DNA from: Psammoneis japonica
Taxonomy: Eukaryota
Assembly: GCA_008632985.1 (NCBI GenBank)
Contig: QPGO01000057.1
Coordinates: forward strand, 1-64,000
Direction: 5' to 3'
Length of the DNA stretch: 64,000 nt
Shown here: one piece after another, positions 49,801-60,773 of the stretch
How the letters are laid out: the number at the start of each line of letters is the position of its first letter
How positions within the stretch are numbered: position 1 is the stretch's first letter
Made by a program: the position numbers and the translations under genes
The notes under the pieces: generated by a model
Told to the model about the DNA's origin: nothing
Seen by the model: the letters and a program-made list of their open reading frames with translations, nothing else
The model's database searches: none

Positions 49801-50912
49801 TCGTCTGGGCGGGTGCTTGTCGAGAAGGCGTGATCTCGGATGGATGAGTTTCCTTCATGCAATCCCAAGCTCGAGGCCGTCGTTTTGAGCCCTTCACACA
49901 GTTCTTTATCTTGCTCAAACGCCGTATAATTGGAAACTGTTTGTTTCGAGCACAATCGTTTCAGGAGTGCACCGTTACCGGCCCCAATATCCAAAATTGA
50001 AACGCCGCCTTTCTTGCGGGCCAATGGTCCGTCTATGTAGTCCTGAATGACACCGGTGATGGCAGAGAATTCCTCTTCAGCGCAAGACTGGTAAAGTATG
50101 TAGTCTTGGGCCTCAGAGGGAGCTGGGACGGACGTTTCAGTCGTTTTGAGTGAAGGTGGAAGGCTCTTCGTCGAAGCGACCCCTGTTGCAGTTTTCTCAC
50201 AGGCTGCACAGAAGTTCTCGTAGTCTGTCAGCTTTGATGGATTCCTACGAAAGGCCTGAAGCTGAAAGTTGTGCCATTCATAGGGGTCGGTTAGAAAGAT
50301 GCCGCATTTTGCGGTCGTTACTGTCTCAGCTTCCGTCTTTTGAACCCCTCGCATCGCCATGCACAAGTGTGTACATTCCATGATGACGGCCACACCTCTT
50401 GGGTCTAAAACTGTTTGGATCCCTTCCATGATTTCCCTTGTCAGCCTCTCTTGCACCTGCAGCCGACGCGCGAAAAGATCCACAATGCGCCCAAGTTTGG
50501 ATAGTCCAATGACTCTGCTGCTCTTGGGAACGTACGCGATGTGCACCTTTCCATAGAAGGGTACGGTGTGATGCTCGCAAAGGGAATGCACGGCAATATT
50601 CCGCTCAACGACCATCTCATCAGACACAGTGTCATCGGGAAAGACTGCATCACCTACCACTTGTTGCACTATTTGATCGTAGCCTTGTGTGAAGAAGGAA
50701 AAGGCCCTAGCAAACCGTTTGGGCGTGTCGACGAGTCCTGGGCGGCGGAAGTCTTCCCCGGGAAGAGTTTCCAAGATCGTGGAGAAGGCTGCGGCGCGAC
50801 GGCTTTCTTCCGGCGACAGGGACGAAGGGTCGCCATCACCATCACTGAAGCCGTCACAAAAACTTGAAGAGGCGTTGCGACGGGAGAAAGCCTCTGAAGC
50901 GTCGATCGGCAT
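46878..50912 (-). CDS. Five-domain fusion enzyme: GTP cyclohydrolase I - SAM methyltransferase - FAD/BBE oxidoreductase - phosphomevalonate-kinase-like - APRT-type PRTase, with in-frame TGA at 49770-49772
   Basis: GCH1: SLCEHH, GLSK, RLQVQERLT, HLCMAMRG. MTase: ILDIGAGNG, DIVL*SHSLY. FAD: VVGGGH, GLACDNI, RGAGTNFGVV, KRQRDPMNVL. P-loop: GRRFVGKDW, DRPYKESHR. PRT: VRKAGKIPG, IIDDCLATGAT. The two predicted ORFs are in the same frame with 63 open codons between them. Confidence 0.88.
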
Positions 50913-51240
50913 GCTGTTAAAATAAAATGATGTGGTACAAAAAATCGAAGAAGATGAATGAATGGGATCTGCTCCGTCCTCGACCAATCAAGCTTCACCT
51001 GAAAATTTGCAAGTACGTGGACATTTTTACTATTCCCGCCACATACTCGGTTCAAAAGCGCAACTTGAAACTGGATCGAACCAACATAGTGCGGCGGCAG
51101 CGCGCTGCTCCCACATCTCACGTATCGGCTGGATGTAGCCGCAACGTGTCCCAGCAACTCCCATACTTGTCGGAGTCCTGTCACGAACTAGAGCAATCGA
51201 ATGATGAGCTTTGCATAGAAAGTAGAAAGGGTGGCCGCCG

Positions 51241-51713
51241 GTAGCTTCCAAACGAGTGCGTTGGCAAAGTGATTGCAGTTTTTGCGAATCAAATTATAGT
51301 CGTCAGGCCCAAAGTCACTTCGAAGTTCTGATATAGCTCTTTGCACTTCTGATTGGCCTCCGTCCAGCATGCCCATTTCAAGTGCCTCCCGGAACTTTGC
51401 TCCGGGTGCTTCTTTTGGTGCACTTTCAAAAACTCCCCCACCACTTGCAAAGCTATATTCGGTACCCATAATCTCTACTCCACTATGATGTAAGCCAAAA
51501 CCAATGACATACAAAGCGTCGTTCGCTGGTGACAAGTCGTATATATTGAGAATTACTTTTGTACCCTGTGAAACACATTGCATCACGTTCAAAAATTCAA
51601 AAGATGAAGCTGAGCTGCGCAGAAATTCAAATTGTCTTGCATCGGTTTCGATTCTCCCTACCGTACCATGCGGGTCCTCCCTCCCTGATAACCACCTCCG
51701 AAACTCATTGTCT
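51241..51713 (-). pseudogene. Truncated duplicate of DeSI (direct repeat copy B)
   Basis: Near-identical to 41093-41565. Identity stops after NCNHFANALVWKL, and the frame runs into unrelated sequence (stop at 51188). Confidence 0.92.
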
Positions 51714-52119
51714 CTATCGATAGGCCGTCGATGCAAGTGTTATGTCGATCGCTTCCTGCCGCTTCTTATTGCCGCTCGCATTGAGCATGGCTCGTCGCTC
51801 GCGTCATTGTGCGTTGTCATGCGCATTGCGCATCAGAGACAGCAAACAGACAGGCACCCGGAGCGGAGCCGGATGCTGATCACAAGCTTGGGATTCCACA
51901 GCACCTTGAAACTGTCGCTCTCTATCATAGGACCCCACTCTCTAGTAGCTCTAGAGAGTATGTTAGCAGAGGGGCCTATTAGTTTCAGTCAATATTGTGT
52001 TCGTCCGCATGTTTTTTTAAATACTTTCTACTCTATCTGCAAGAGTTTACAAGCGTTCTTTTCAATTACTGCGGTAGGTTGTTGGGGATCCCTCCTCACG
52101 TAGCAGAATCAGAGGTGCG

Positions 52120-53715
52120 CTACAGCCCAAGCCAACTGCCAACAAATACGCGGGAATTCCACATTGCATGGATTAAGATAGTGACAAGCAAGTTCCCGCT
52201 CTTGCCATAAATGGCAGCCCAGATCCACCCCAGAAATGCAAGGGGAATGGCGGAAATGACACTCTGGTGATGGATCGAAAAGACAATGCCACTCCCAAGC
52301 ACCGCCAGCCAATACGGGAGAAAGAGACACATAGCAGGGAGCAAGAATCCTCTGTACAACACTTCCTCCCACCAAGGTGCAGTTAGGCAGGGGGCTATAA
52401 AGCCAACCAAACTCGCTGGCACGTCGTTGTTTTCGGGATTGACGAGCTGCGACACTACCCCCTCGGCAGGTTCTTCAAAGAGAATCGGTGGTAACACACT
52501 TTGGTTGATAAAATCCGAAATGTTGTAAAGCCAAGAGCTGACGAAGTATCCACCAATAACCCACCATAGCCAATATGTATCCCATTTGGACGTGAACCAC
52601 TTGTACCGCGTCTTTCTTATTGTTTTGCCGACATCATCATTGCCATCAGAATCAGTGGCATAGCCACCTCCAAAGAAGGGCTGCGGACGCGGAAACAGCT
52701 TCAAAATGAGTCCCCCCAAGCCAATCCACGTCAGGTGACCCAACAAGACACAGAGAGACCGGTGCATGGCTTTGGTCATGGTGAAGCCAACACCAGCAGC
52801 AGCGTAAAGTGCGTCTTCCCACATCACCCCAAAGAGACCCGAGTAAAAGTAAGTTCGCACCAAAAGAAGAAGGGCAGCAATCGAAGTGCCTTTTGGTCCG
52901 GGCACCTCTCGTGCTCTCTTTGACATCCGTAGTTTTCCATTGACGTTTGAGGAGGAATCCGCATGGTGTGCTTTTCTCATTCTTTGCTTTGCGAGTTTTC
53001 TCCATTTACCCAATATCCCTTTCGAATCTTTATTTTTCATTCTAGCTGTATACATAAGTCGCTTTGGAAGTCGCCATGGCGCCTCTTGTTTTGTCGGACC
53101 TCTCCAAAGCGGATAAACGGCCGGCGTTGGTTTGTCACGTGTCGACCGCTGCAGATACATGCACCCCAGCAAAGACAAAATACCGGCAGCTCTATTGATA
53201 ATTGCGAAAATTTATAACAGAGATGTAAGAATCAATAGGTGAACCGAAACGAAAATCGTATTTTCAACTTACGAGTCCAAACCGATGCTTTGAAAATGCC
53301 CCCGATCATTTGGAATCAATTGAAAGGGAAACGCAATCATGTGTTGCGTCAGTACCTTGAGATGAAATACGTAAATCGCAAAACCTACTAAAAGCTGGAG
53401 AGCTGGCCTCATGGTAATAAGCCATGTAGGCATCCAATCACAAGCCCAATCAGGTCGTTCGCTGTCTTTGTCCTTGGATTCCACTGGAAACGACGACTGC
53501 AGTCGGACGCGAGTATGATCAGTCAAGCGGTTTGCGTTTCGGTTTGGTGTGCGATCGACATGTCGAAGGTGCACAAATCGAGACTCCTTAAAGGATGAAG
53601 GATTTGTGAAAGCTGAAACAGCAACGTAGTCACGTAATGATACTGACACAACCAACAAAAAAAGTACGACGTTTTTTGACTTTGACCCGCTATCGCACCA
53701 TCCTGACAAACTCAT
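52120..53715 (-). CDS. CAAX prenyl protease 2/CPBP (Abi) family intramembrane metalloprotease, probably plastid-targeted
   Basis: Motifs APWWEEVLYRG, FSIHH and IHAMWN. Signal peptide with VSAF; intron 53192-53272 restores the frame. Confidence 0.9.
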
Positions 53716-54039
53716 GACGGGGGACGAGAGATGTTTCAGGGATCAGATTCGTTCCTTCTTGTGTGATCCCTTTCCTCCCGCTTATCTTCTGTCTAGCACT
53801 ACCGGTATCATCTATCGGTGCAGGTTCAATCTGCCGTGTGGTGTGGTGAGGTGTGGTAGTAGATGGAGGTTCTCAGTTCATGGTGGTGACGGTGGGTTGC
53901 GGTGCGCAATCGTCGTCGCAGTCGAAGCCAACACGAAAATCCTTCTCCTACACAGTTCCCAGTACAAATTCTACATGAAAAAACCCGGATGTGGACACTT
54001 TTTGGACACTCCTGGACACAAGGTTAGCTAACTACTTTA

Positions 54040-54425
54040 CACTTGAAACAGTCACAGCTCCTTGCTCTCGTCATCCAACTCAAAAGATGACACAGCAAAG
54101 CATTGTGGCGAGGTCAAGTTGGCAAAAAGTTTGCATCCCACATGGTGAAAAAGCACACATGTCTTTGAGCCACAGGAAGCAGGCGCACTTTCCACTTCAA
54201 TCAAAGCTTTGTTCAGTCCGTGGAAATCTGGTGCCCAGAGCGCTCAACTGCCCTTCATCACAGCAGGGGCTGCAAAGGTTCCAGCCATCTGCTCAGCTGG
54301 CCCACACAGTTGCCACACACCTGCACCCTCCAAAAGCTTCAGAGCTTCTGCTTGAGCACCTCCTTGTGAGAAACAGAGTGACGAGGTTTTGAGGGGCGGC
54401 AAGGAACAGCACTTTCTCCAGCCCC
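54040..54425 (-). mobile_element. Ty3/Gypsy reverse transcriptase fragment, copy 1 (decayed)
   Basis: Minus-strand relics HKEVLKQKL, DFHGLNKAL and KLFA(N/K)LDL...(E)LDDESKEL, matching the Gypsy RT N-terminal DFRxLN and KLDxxxxYY motifs. Confidence 0.65.
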
Positions 54426-55619
54426 CAAATGAGTGCGCCTTTTTCTGCCGTGTGGTGTGGTGGAAGATGGAGGTTCATGGTGGTGGTGGCGGTGGTGGTG
54501 AGCAGCGCAGCTGTTCTTGTCATGGTGGTCCAATGAAGACAGGCCCTTTTTGCGTGAAACAAAAATGCGCGTCGGCGACGTGACACAAAAATTGACTTTT
54601 TTTGTCACACATGCACCCAGCCAATCGACGATGCAAATGAGAAAGCAACTCGCCATCAACGAGGTTGCTGCCAACAATGCACATCATCAAAAGACTGTGC
54701 TGCATGCATTGCATGGACTTGTGGGGTCTTTCGTTTGAGGAAATTGGTGCGGTGTTCACGACAAAAAGTGTGGATTTGCACGCATTTTGTTGGCTTGAAA
54801 AAAAAAAACAATGGCACGCTGTTGACAAATTGGTTGCCGTTGTCATCAATGAGTGCCACCTCACATGTCATTTGCTTCAAATCCATTCTTTGTTTGGTCC
54901 ACCCACCAGATGTCAATTTTGTGGAGGTAGAATCACATTTCAGGGGACTGTGGGTTGACAATGATTTTTGAAACAATTGCAGGAACATCTTCGACAATCG
55001 TGTTGATTCAGAGACATTTGCAACAGTGACATCAAGAAATGGAAACAACTTGTCCATGAGGCAATGGGCATTTTGGGGGATGACACATGTCTGCATGCCA
55101 ATGGCAAAAGTTGGAAAGCTGTGCCCTGCTTGCACCACCTGTGACGCTGACATTCCGTGCCGCTGGACATTCTGTGGCTGGCTCCTTTGCTGCCTTCAAT
55201 TTGGAGAGACCAAGTCGGAAATTTGAAGGAGAATGAGGGCTGTCATGAGGAGAGCTGGATTGAGAGGAGGAGATGGCAAATGTGCCACTTTTTCAAGGGC
55301 TGATGACAAGGCATTGATCAATTTGTTGAAGCACGACAAACTGTGGTCATGTCCAAATGAAATCCAGCTCTGTTCATGAGACAGAAACTTGGCAAAGTCT
55401 GGCATGCAAGCACAATTTGACACAGGATTTGTCATCTTAGACACACTTTGTAGAGTTTGGTTTTGTGAGCAGCAAACACATTTAGAAAAAATTGCACGCA
55501 ATGCATGTCAACTGGCAGACATGAATGATTGGGCATGCATTGACTGCTGCAGCATGCGCATGTCAGAAACCCACAGCCCAGAAGCACAGCACACTGATGA
55601 TGTCCCCCAAAGCCCATGC

Positions 55620-56000
55620 TGAAGCCTCGTCCCCTTGTTGTGAGCCAAAGCCAACACCTGGGCTGACACCTCATCCTGCCCCCAAGCCAATGCCCTGCCC
55701 TGCCCATGCCCCACACCCAGGCTGATGCCATGCACTCCCAAGCCAACACCATGCTCCACACCTGAGCTGACACCACACCCGATGCCTCACACCTCACACC
55801 ACCCCCAAGCTGACACCATCCCCTGCACCAGGGCTGTTGCCACATTCCCAACACCTTGCACCACTCCCAAGCCAATGTCATGCCCCACACCTGAGACACC
55901 TGAGCTGGCACCACATGCTTCACACCACTCCTGAGCTGGCACCATGCCCCACACCCAAGCCAACACCACACCCAATGCTTCACACTGCTCCCAAGCCAAC
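55620..56000 (+). repeat. Degenerate minisatellite encoding Pro/Thr repeats (PTPKPTP.. / PTPELTP..)
   Basis: Recurring cccaagccaacacc, cacacctgagctg and ccatgccccacacc units. Confidence 0.8.
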
Positions 56001-57039
56001 ATTTTTTGATGGTGGGTGGGGGGCAACTCACAATCAGCCTTCAACATGTGCTCATTGATGGCTTTGACAACTTCGTTGAACTCTGAATCAATGGTGAGAA
56101 GCATGGTGTCAAAGAGGCTTTCATCTTGAGTGCAAATGGAAGTGCTGAATTTGGGTGTGGAATCCCATGAAACCTGTCACAAACAAAGGAAAGACACAGA
56201 TGCCTCTGCCAGTTGTTCTTTTGTGTGCTTGAGACCACAGATTTCTTGGCTGTTGCTGTTGGATGGGGCATTGGAGTTGCAAGATGCATGTGCAGACCAG
56301 CCAAGAGGTTTCTTGAGGTGTTTTCATCCTCTCTTCTTTTCAAGCACTCAGACAATTCCTTGCTGGAAATGGAGGACACAGACAAGACAGTCAAGTTGTC
56401 ATGCAAATGAGATTGAGGCTGATTGCTCTCACTGGTGCTGCAAGATGCAGACTGAGCCTTGTGCTTCTTGGAAGCAGCTTGTGCTGCTTTCTCATTTTTG
56501 TCCCCCAACATCTTTGCTTCACTTGGATGACTGGCACATTTGCTTTGTTTCTTTGGAGGCAATTCAGGCACTTGTGTGTCAACTTTCCATGCAAACACAG
56601 AACAGATCCAGTGCACACAATGAGTGAGGCTGCACTTGTTGTGATGGCAACAACCAATTTGTCAGCACCATGCCTCCAATTCCAAGCCAAAACACAATCC
56701 ATGAAAATCCACACTTTTCTTTGTAAATGTGGCACCGCTTTTGTCAAACAAAGAACCCCACAAGTCCAGATGACAGCCGCGGACTTACAATTTACAATGG
56801 CGCGCATCATTCACAGCAGTGGTGTTTGTGAAGGTGCTGTTTATTGTCTCATTTGTAAGGTCATGTGTCTTCAACAAAAAATCATTTTTTGTGTGAAGAC
56901 ACAGCCACACATTTTGATGTTGTTTTGCAGAAAAATCTGCATCCTTTGTGTGTTGTGTGTTGTTTGTCATGCTTTTGTGCACATGCACATGCTGTGCACT
57001 GTGCTGGCTGCTCTGCTGGTGGTGGCAGACTGCCTTTGC

Positions 57040-57430
57040 ACTTGAAAGAGTTGCAGCTCCTTGCTTCATCTCATCATCAAACTCAAAGATGACACAGCAA
57101 AGCATTGTGGTGAGGTCAAGTTTGGCAAAAAGTTTGCAGCCCACATGGTGAAAAAGCAAACATGCTGTTGAGCCACAGGAAGCAGGTGCACTTGCAGCTC
57201 AATCAAAGCTTTGCTCATCCCACATGCCCAGTGTGCTCAACTGCCCTGTCTCCTTCATCACAGGGGTTGCAAAGGTTCCAGCCATTCACTCAGTTGGGCC
57301 ACACAGTTGCAGCACACTTGCACCCTCCAATTGCTTCAGAGCTTCTGCTCTCCTCTTGAATGCTTCTTGGCTTGCTTGTGAGAAACAGAGTGAGGTTTTG
57401 AGTGGCACGGGACAGCACTTTCTTCAGCTT
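57040..57430 (-). mobile_element. Ty3/Gypsy reverse transcriptase fragment, copy 2 (decayed)
   Basis: Homologous to 54040-54425. Reads GCKLFAKLDLTTMLCCVIFEFDDE. Confidence 0.65.
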
Positions 57431-60400
57431 TCAACTGCACCTTTTTGTGTGGACAGTGTGGCCCAGTGTGCCATTGAACAGTGCACTGTGCTTCTCCAGA
57501 GCAGCTCTCAGCTGCTTCTCTTTCTCTGCTCCTCTGTCAGATGGCCCAAACTCTTGGCTGCATTTTCAGTGCCACACACCAGCTGTGGGACTTGGGCCAG
57601 TGGCTTGGCTCCTTCATTGGAGTCACCTTGTCCAAAAACCAGGCAGAGAGGTTGAGAGTTTTGCAGTTGACATTTGAAGCAATTTTGCCAAAGAAATTGG
57701 ACCCCAAAATTGCATTGTGGACAAAGAGCAAATCAAAAAAACATTTTCTGTGATTCCATCAATCTGTCATGGCTTGTCAATTCTGGCAGGGCAACATCAC
57801 TGAGTGACACCCAGCATTCTGACAGGGACTCTCCCTTGACTGTTTGAAAGCAATGAGTTTCTTCTTCACTGATCCATGAAGCTGCACCATGTTGTGTGAC
57901 ACATTGTTGGAACTGACAGCAGTGTGTGCAAAGTGCCAGAGTCAAGTGCTGCATGTGTTGGGTTTAAGATGATTCTTGAAGCTGACCAGCTCTCTCCACT
58001 GGCAGCAAAGCACAGATGATGCAAAACAGCACAGTCAAGAAACCTGTTGCCCCCCCCCCCCCCTGTCATTTTCACAAAACTGGCTGCAGCTTCTTTCAAA
58101 GTGGGTCAGCAGCAGAGTCATGACACAAATTTTTGTCACACAATTTGCCAGCAGATTGCTTGGAAAAGCAGCTCAAAGCAGGCTTTAAAACAGACAGACA
58201 ACTTTCTGTGTCCTCCAAACCTGCACCTGCCCCTGTCACCATGACCTCCTTGGCCACTGCTGCCATGACCACTGATTTCCACACGGCCTTCATTTTCACA
58301 CCTCAACAGTTTGGATCATTTGGACAGCTGCATTGCACCCCCACACATGACATCCTTTTGTCACCCAGACATTTTCCAGAGGCTGTCCTTGGCTGAACTC
58401 ACAATGCAGAAAATGAAAAGCACACTGTTTTGTGGTTTCCCTTTGGTCTGGCAGCAAACCCCCACTTGCATGCAGGCAAGACTTTGCTGACTGGTTGGTG
58501 TTGGATCTGCAAACCCACATGGGCATCAAGAAGAGACATCTTTGCCAGTGTGTGGCAAAAACAAGCAAAAAAGGAGCCATGAGAGCAACAACAGCCCAAC
58601 ACTGGAATTGGCAATGGCAGTGGGCAAAGCAAGCATGGTGAACATGGACAAGGCAAGAGAGGAGCAGCAAGGTCAGCCCAAACCAGATGACTTTCCATGC
58701 AATCAACAATGCAAGCAGCAGTTGTGGTTCAACGGGGCTCCTCCTGCAGAGTGCACTCAATGCAACATTCAACCATTTTGGTTCAACAAGTGTTGTGCAA
58801 ACTGTCTTCAAAATTGCCAAACAACAACTCTGGACAGTGGTTGTGAACTGTGGTTCGTGCAAAAAGCAACCTTGCAAAACCAGTTTTCAACATGCAGCAA
58901 TGCTTCAACTCCAGGTTGGCCTGCAAAAATTGGACAAGGGCAAGTGTGGTCATGTGCAACCCATTGTCATGCCCCCCCCCACCTTGGCTTGCATTCTCAA
59001 GCAAAAAAAATTGAGCATTTCATCTTGTGCTCAAAGCAAGTGGTCTCCAAGGCAGCCTGTGGTGCATGACTCACATTGTACAAGTGCTGTTTGGCAATCA
59101 ACAACAAAGACAAATGCAGAAACTGTTTCACTCCAAGGAAGCTGCACACATGGCTGGCAGCCAAATCAAGAATTTGAGTTCAAGAGCTGCAGCATTGCAA
59201 GTTTTGAGACCAAACAAGTGCTGCTCTTTGTCGCCAATGTCGCGGGCACAATTGCAAATTTCTTGTCCTCTTCTTTGGGCCCAGCTTTCAACCGGAGTCT
59301 CAGCCCACAATCTTGCCAACTGGCAAGTGGCTAAATCTCACAATGATGCCTGATGGACAAGCCCTCAATGCTCATTTCCCAGGGTGCTGGTTCCTCAATG
59401 AGGGTGCTTGCTTTCAACAATCTCAGGCCTGCGCCAGAGCGGCACAAATCCAAGAACAAGAGAAACCCCAGCTGGAGGGTTCAAACAGGCACATGTGTGC
59501 ATGTGTGTGTGTTCAGAAATCTGCTTGGCCTCAGAATGTGAGTGCAAGAAAGCTGGCACATTGGAGGTCATTGGCCAAAGCAAAGCTTGTGCCAGCCATT
59601 TGTGAGCACATGCAGGAAGTGCTTGGCAACAAACAGGGGCCATCATTTGTTGTGCAAAAAACTGTTGTGACAAGCATTTTGCCTGTTCCACAACTTCAAG
59701 AGCACGCAGTTAGCTTTTGATTGCAAGACCAGCAGCACGCTCAAATCAAGCACCCCGCAAATGTCGCAAGGTGTGCAAGCCACTCTCCAAGTCATTTCAG
59801 GCAGCACCAGCAGCACACAGTGGTGCCGAGACAGGCTGGTTGTTCTTGAGATTGCTTTGGCCACACTGCCAGTGTTGCTGGACAGAGGCAAGTGGTGCGG
59901 CAGTGCTGAAATGATCAGTTTTGCCCCTGAATCTGAGTCAACTGATTTTCTCTCTTCAACAGCTTCGCTCCAATCTGAGTCAACCACTTTTCTCTTTTGG
60001 GCAGTTTGTGCTTTGAAGGTGTCACAAACAATGATGAAAGGAACAAGCCACTGCAATGACCGCAGTTGCAGTGCAAGGTCTGGCTTGGCAAAGACTGGAC
60101 ACTAAAGAGAATTTTGTGAGGAGAGAGGATGGATCGCTGATGAACCCTTCCAACGTATCCGTTACATTGTTGCAATGTAATCGCGGCTGACTGCCGGCAT
60201 ATGTATGTACAGACACTACAGCAGACTACTGTATGGTCGGCCAATCGGCGAGAATCGAATTATTGAGGGAATTTTCAGAAATCTATATGCAATGTGACAT
60301 TCCGTATGTTAACAACGTGTCGCAACTTTCCGTGCCGGCGACTTCGTCGTCATTGTTCCTGCAGTTATTGCACCAATGGTTCAACTCCATTTCCTCATGT

Positions 60401-60773
60401 CCATAGGTTATTTTATTTAGACAACCGGTACAAGATTGTGTTTTTTTTAACGGTAGTCGCAGAATAGCGGCGAACGCGTGAATAATATTCAACACAAGAC
60501 ATAAAGAGTACAACATAGGTACCGTTACCAGTAGTCTAATACAATCAAGAAAAAGTGGATGGGATCAACTATTCCACACTCCTCCGTTCGAGACAAGCCC
60601 CGCACACTGCATGTACTTGGGTGCTATCGATTTCGTTCATTTGGATCTGAAAGTAAGTCACGACTTTCTGTGTCTGGCTTTCACCACGATCCCGCTTTCG
60701 GTTTACGTCATTAATAGCTCATTTCGTCGTGTTTCGTTTTGCCGTTGTGACAGAGCAAGTTCGACTTGCCAAT

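Larger units (their letters stand above)
54040..60150. repeat. TpA/CpG-depleted degenerate block 5 (nested TE relics)
   Basis: About 6 kb with very few TA or CG dinucleotides. Contains two Gypsy RT fragments and a PT-repeat minisatellite. Confidence 0.8.

Noticed and set aside
50914..51024. Possible short 5' exon (ATG 51024, intron 50914-50998) adding MSTYLQIFS to the fusion protein
   Set aside because: In frame with a good acceptor, but the donor (GTGAAG) is weak. Not included without cDNA.
55620..56000. CRISPR-like array
   Set aside because: Units are degenerate tandem coding-type repeats without unique spacers, the context is eukaryotic, and there are no cas genes.
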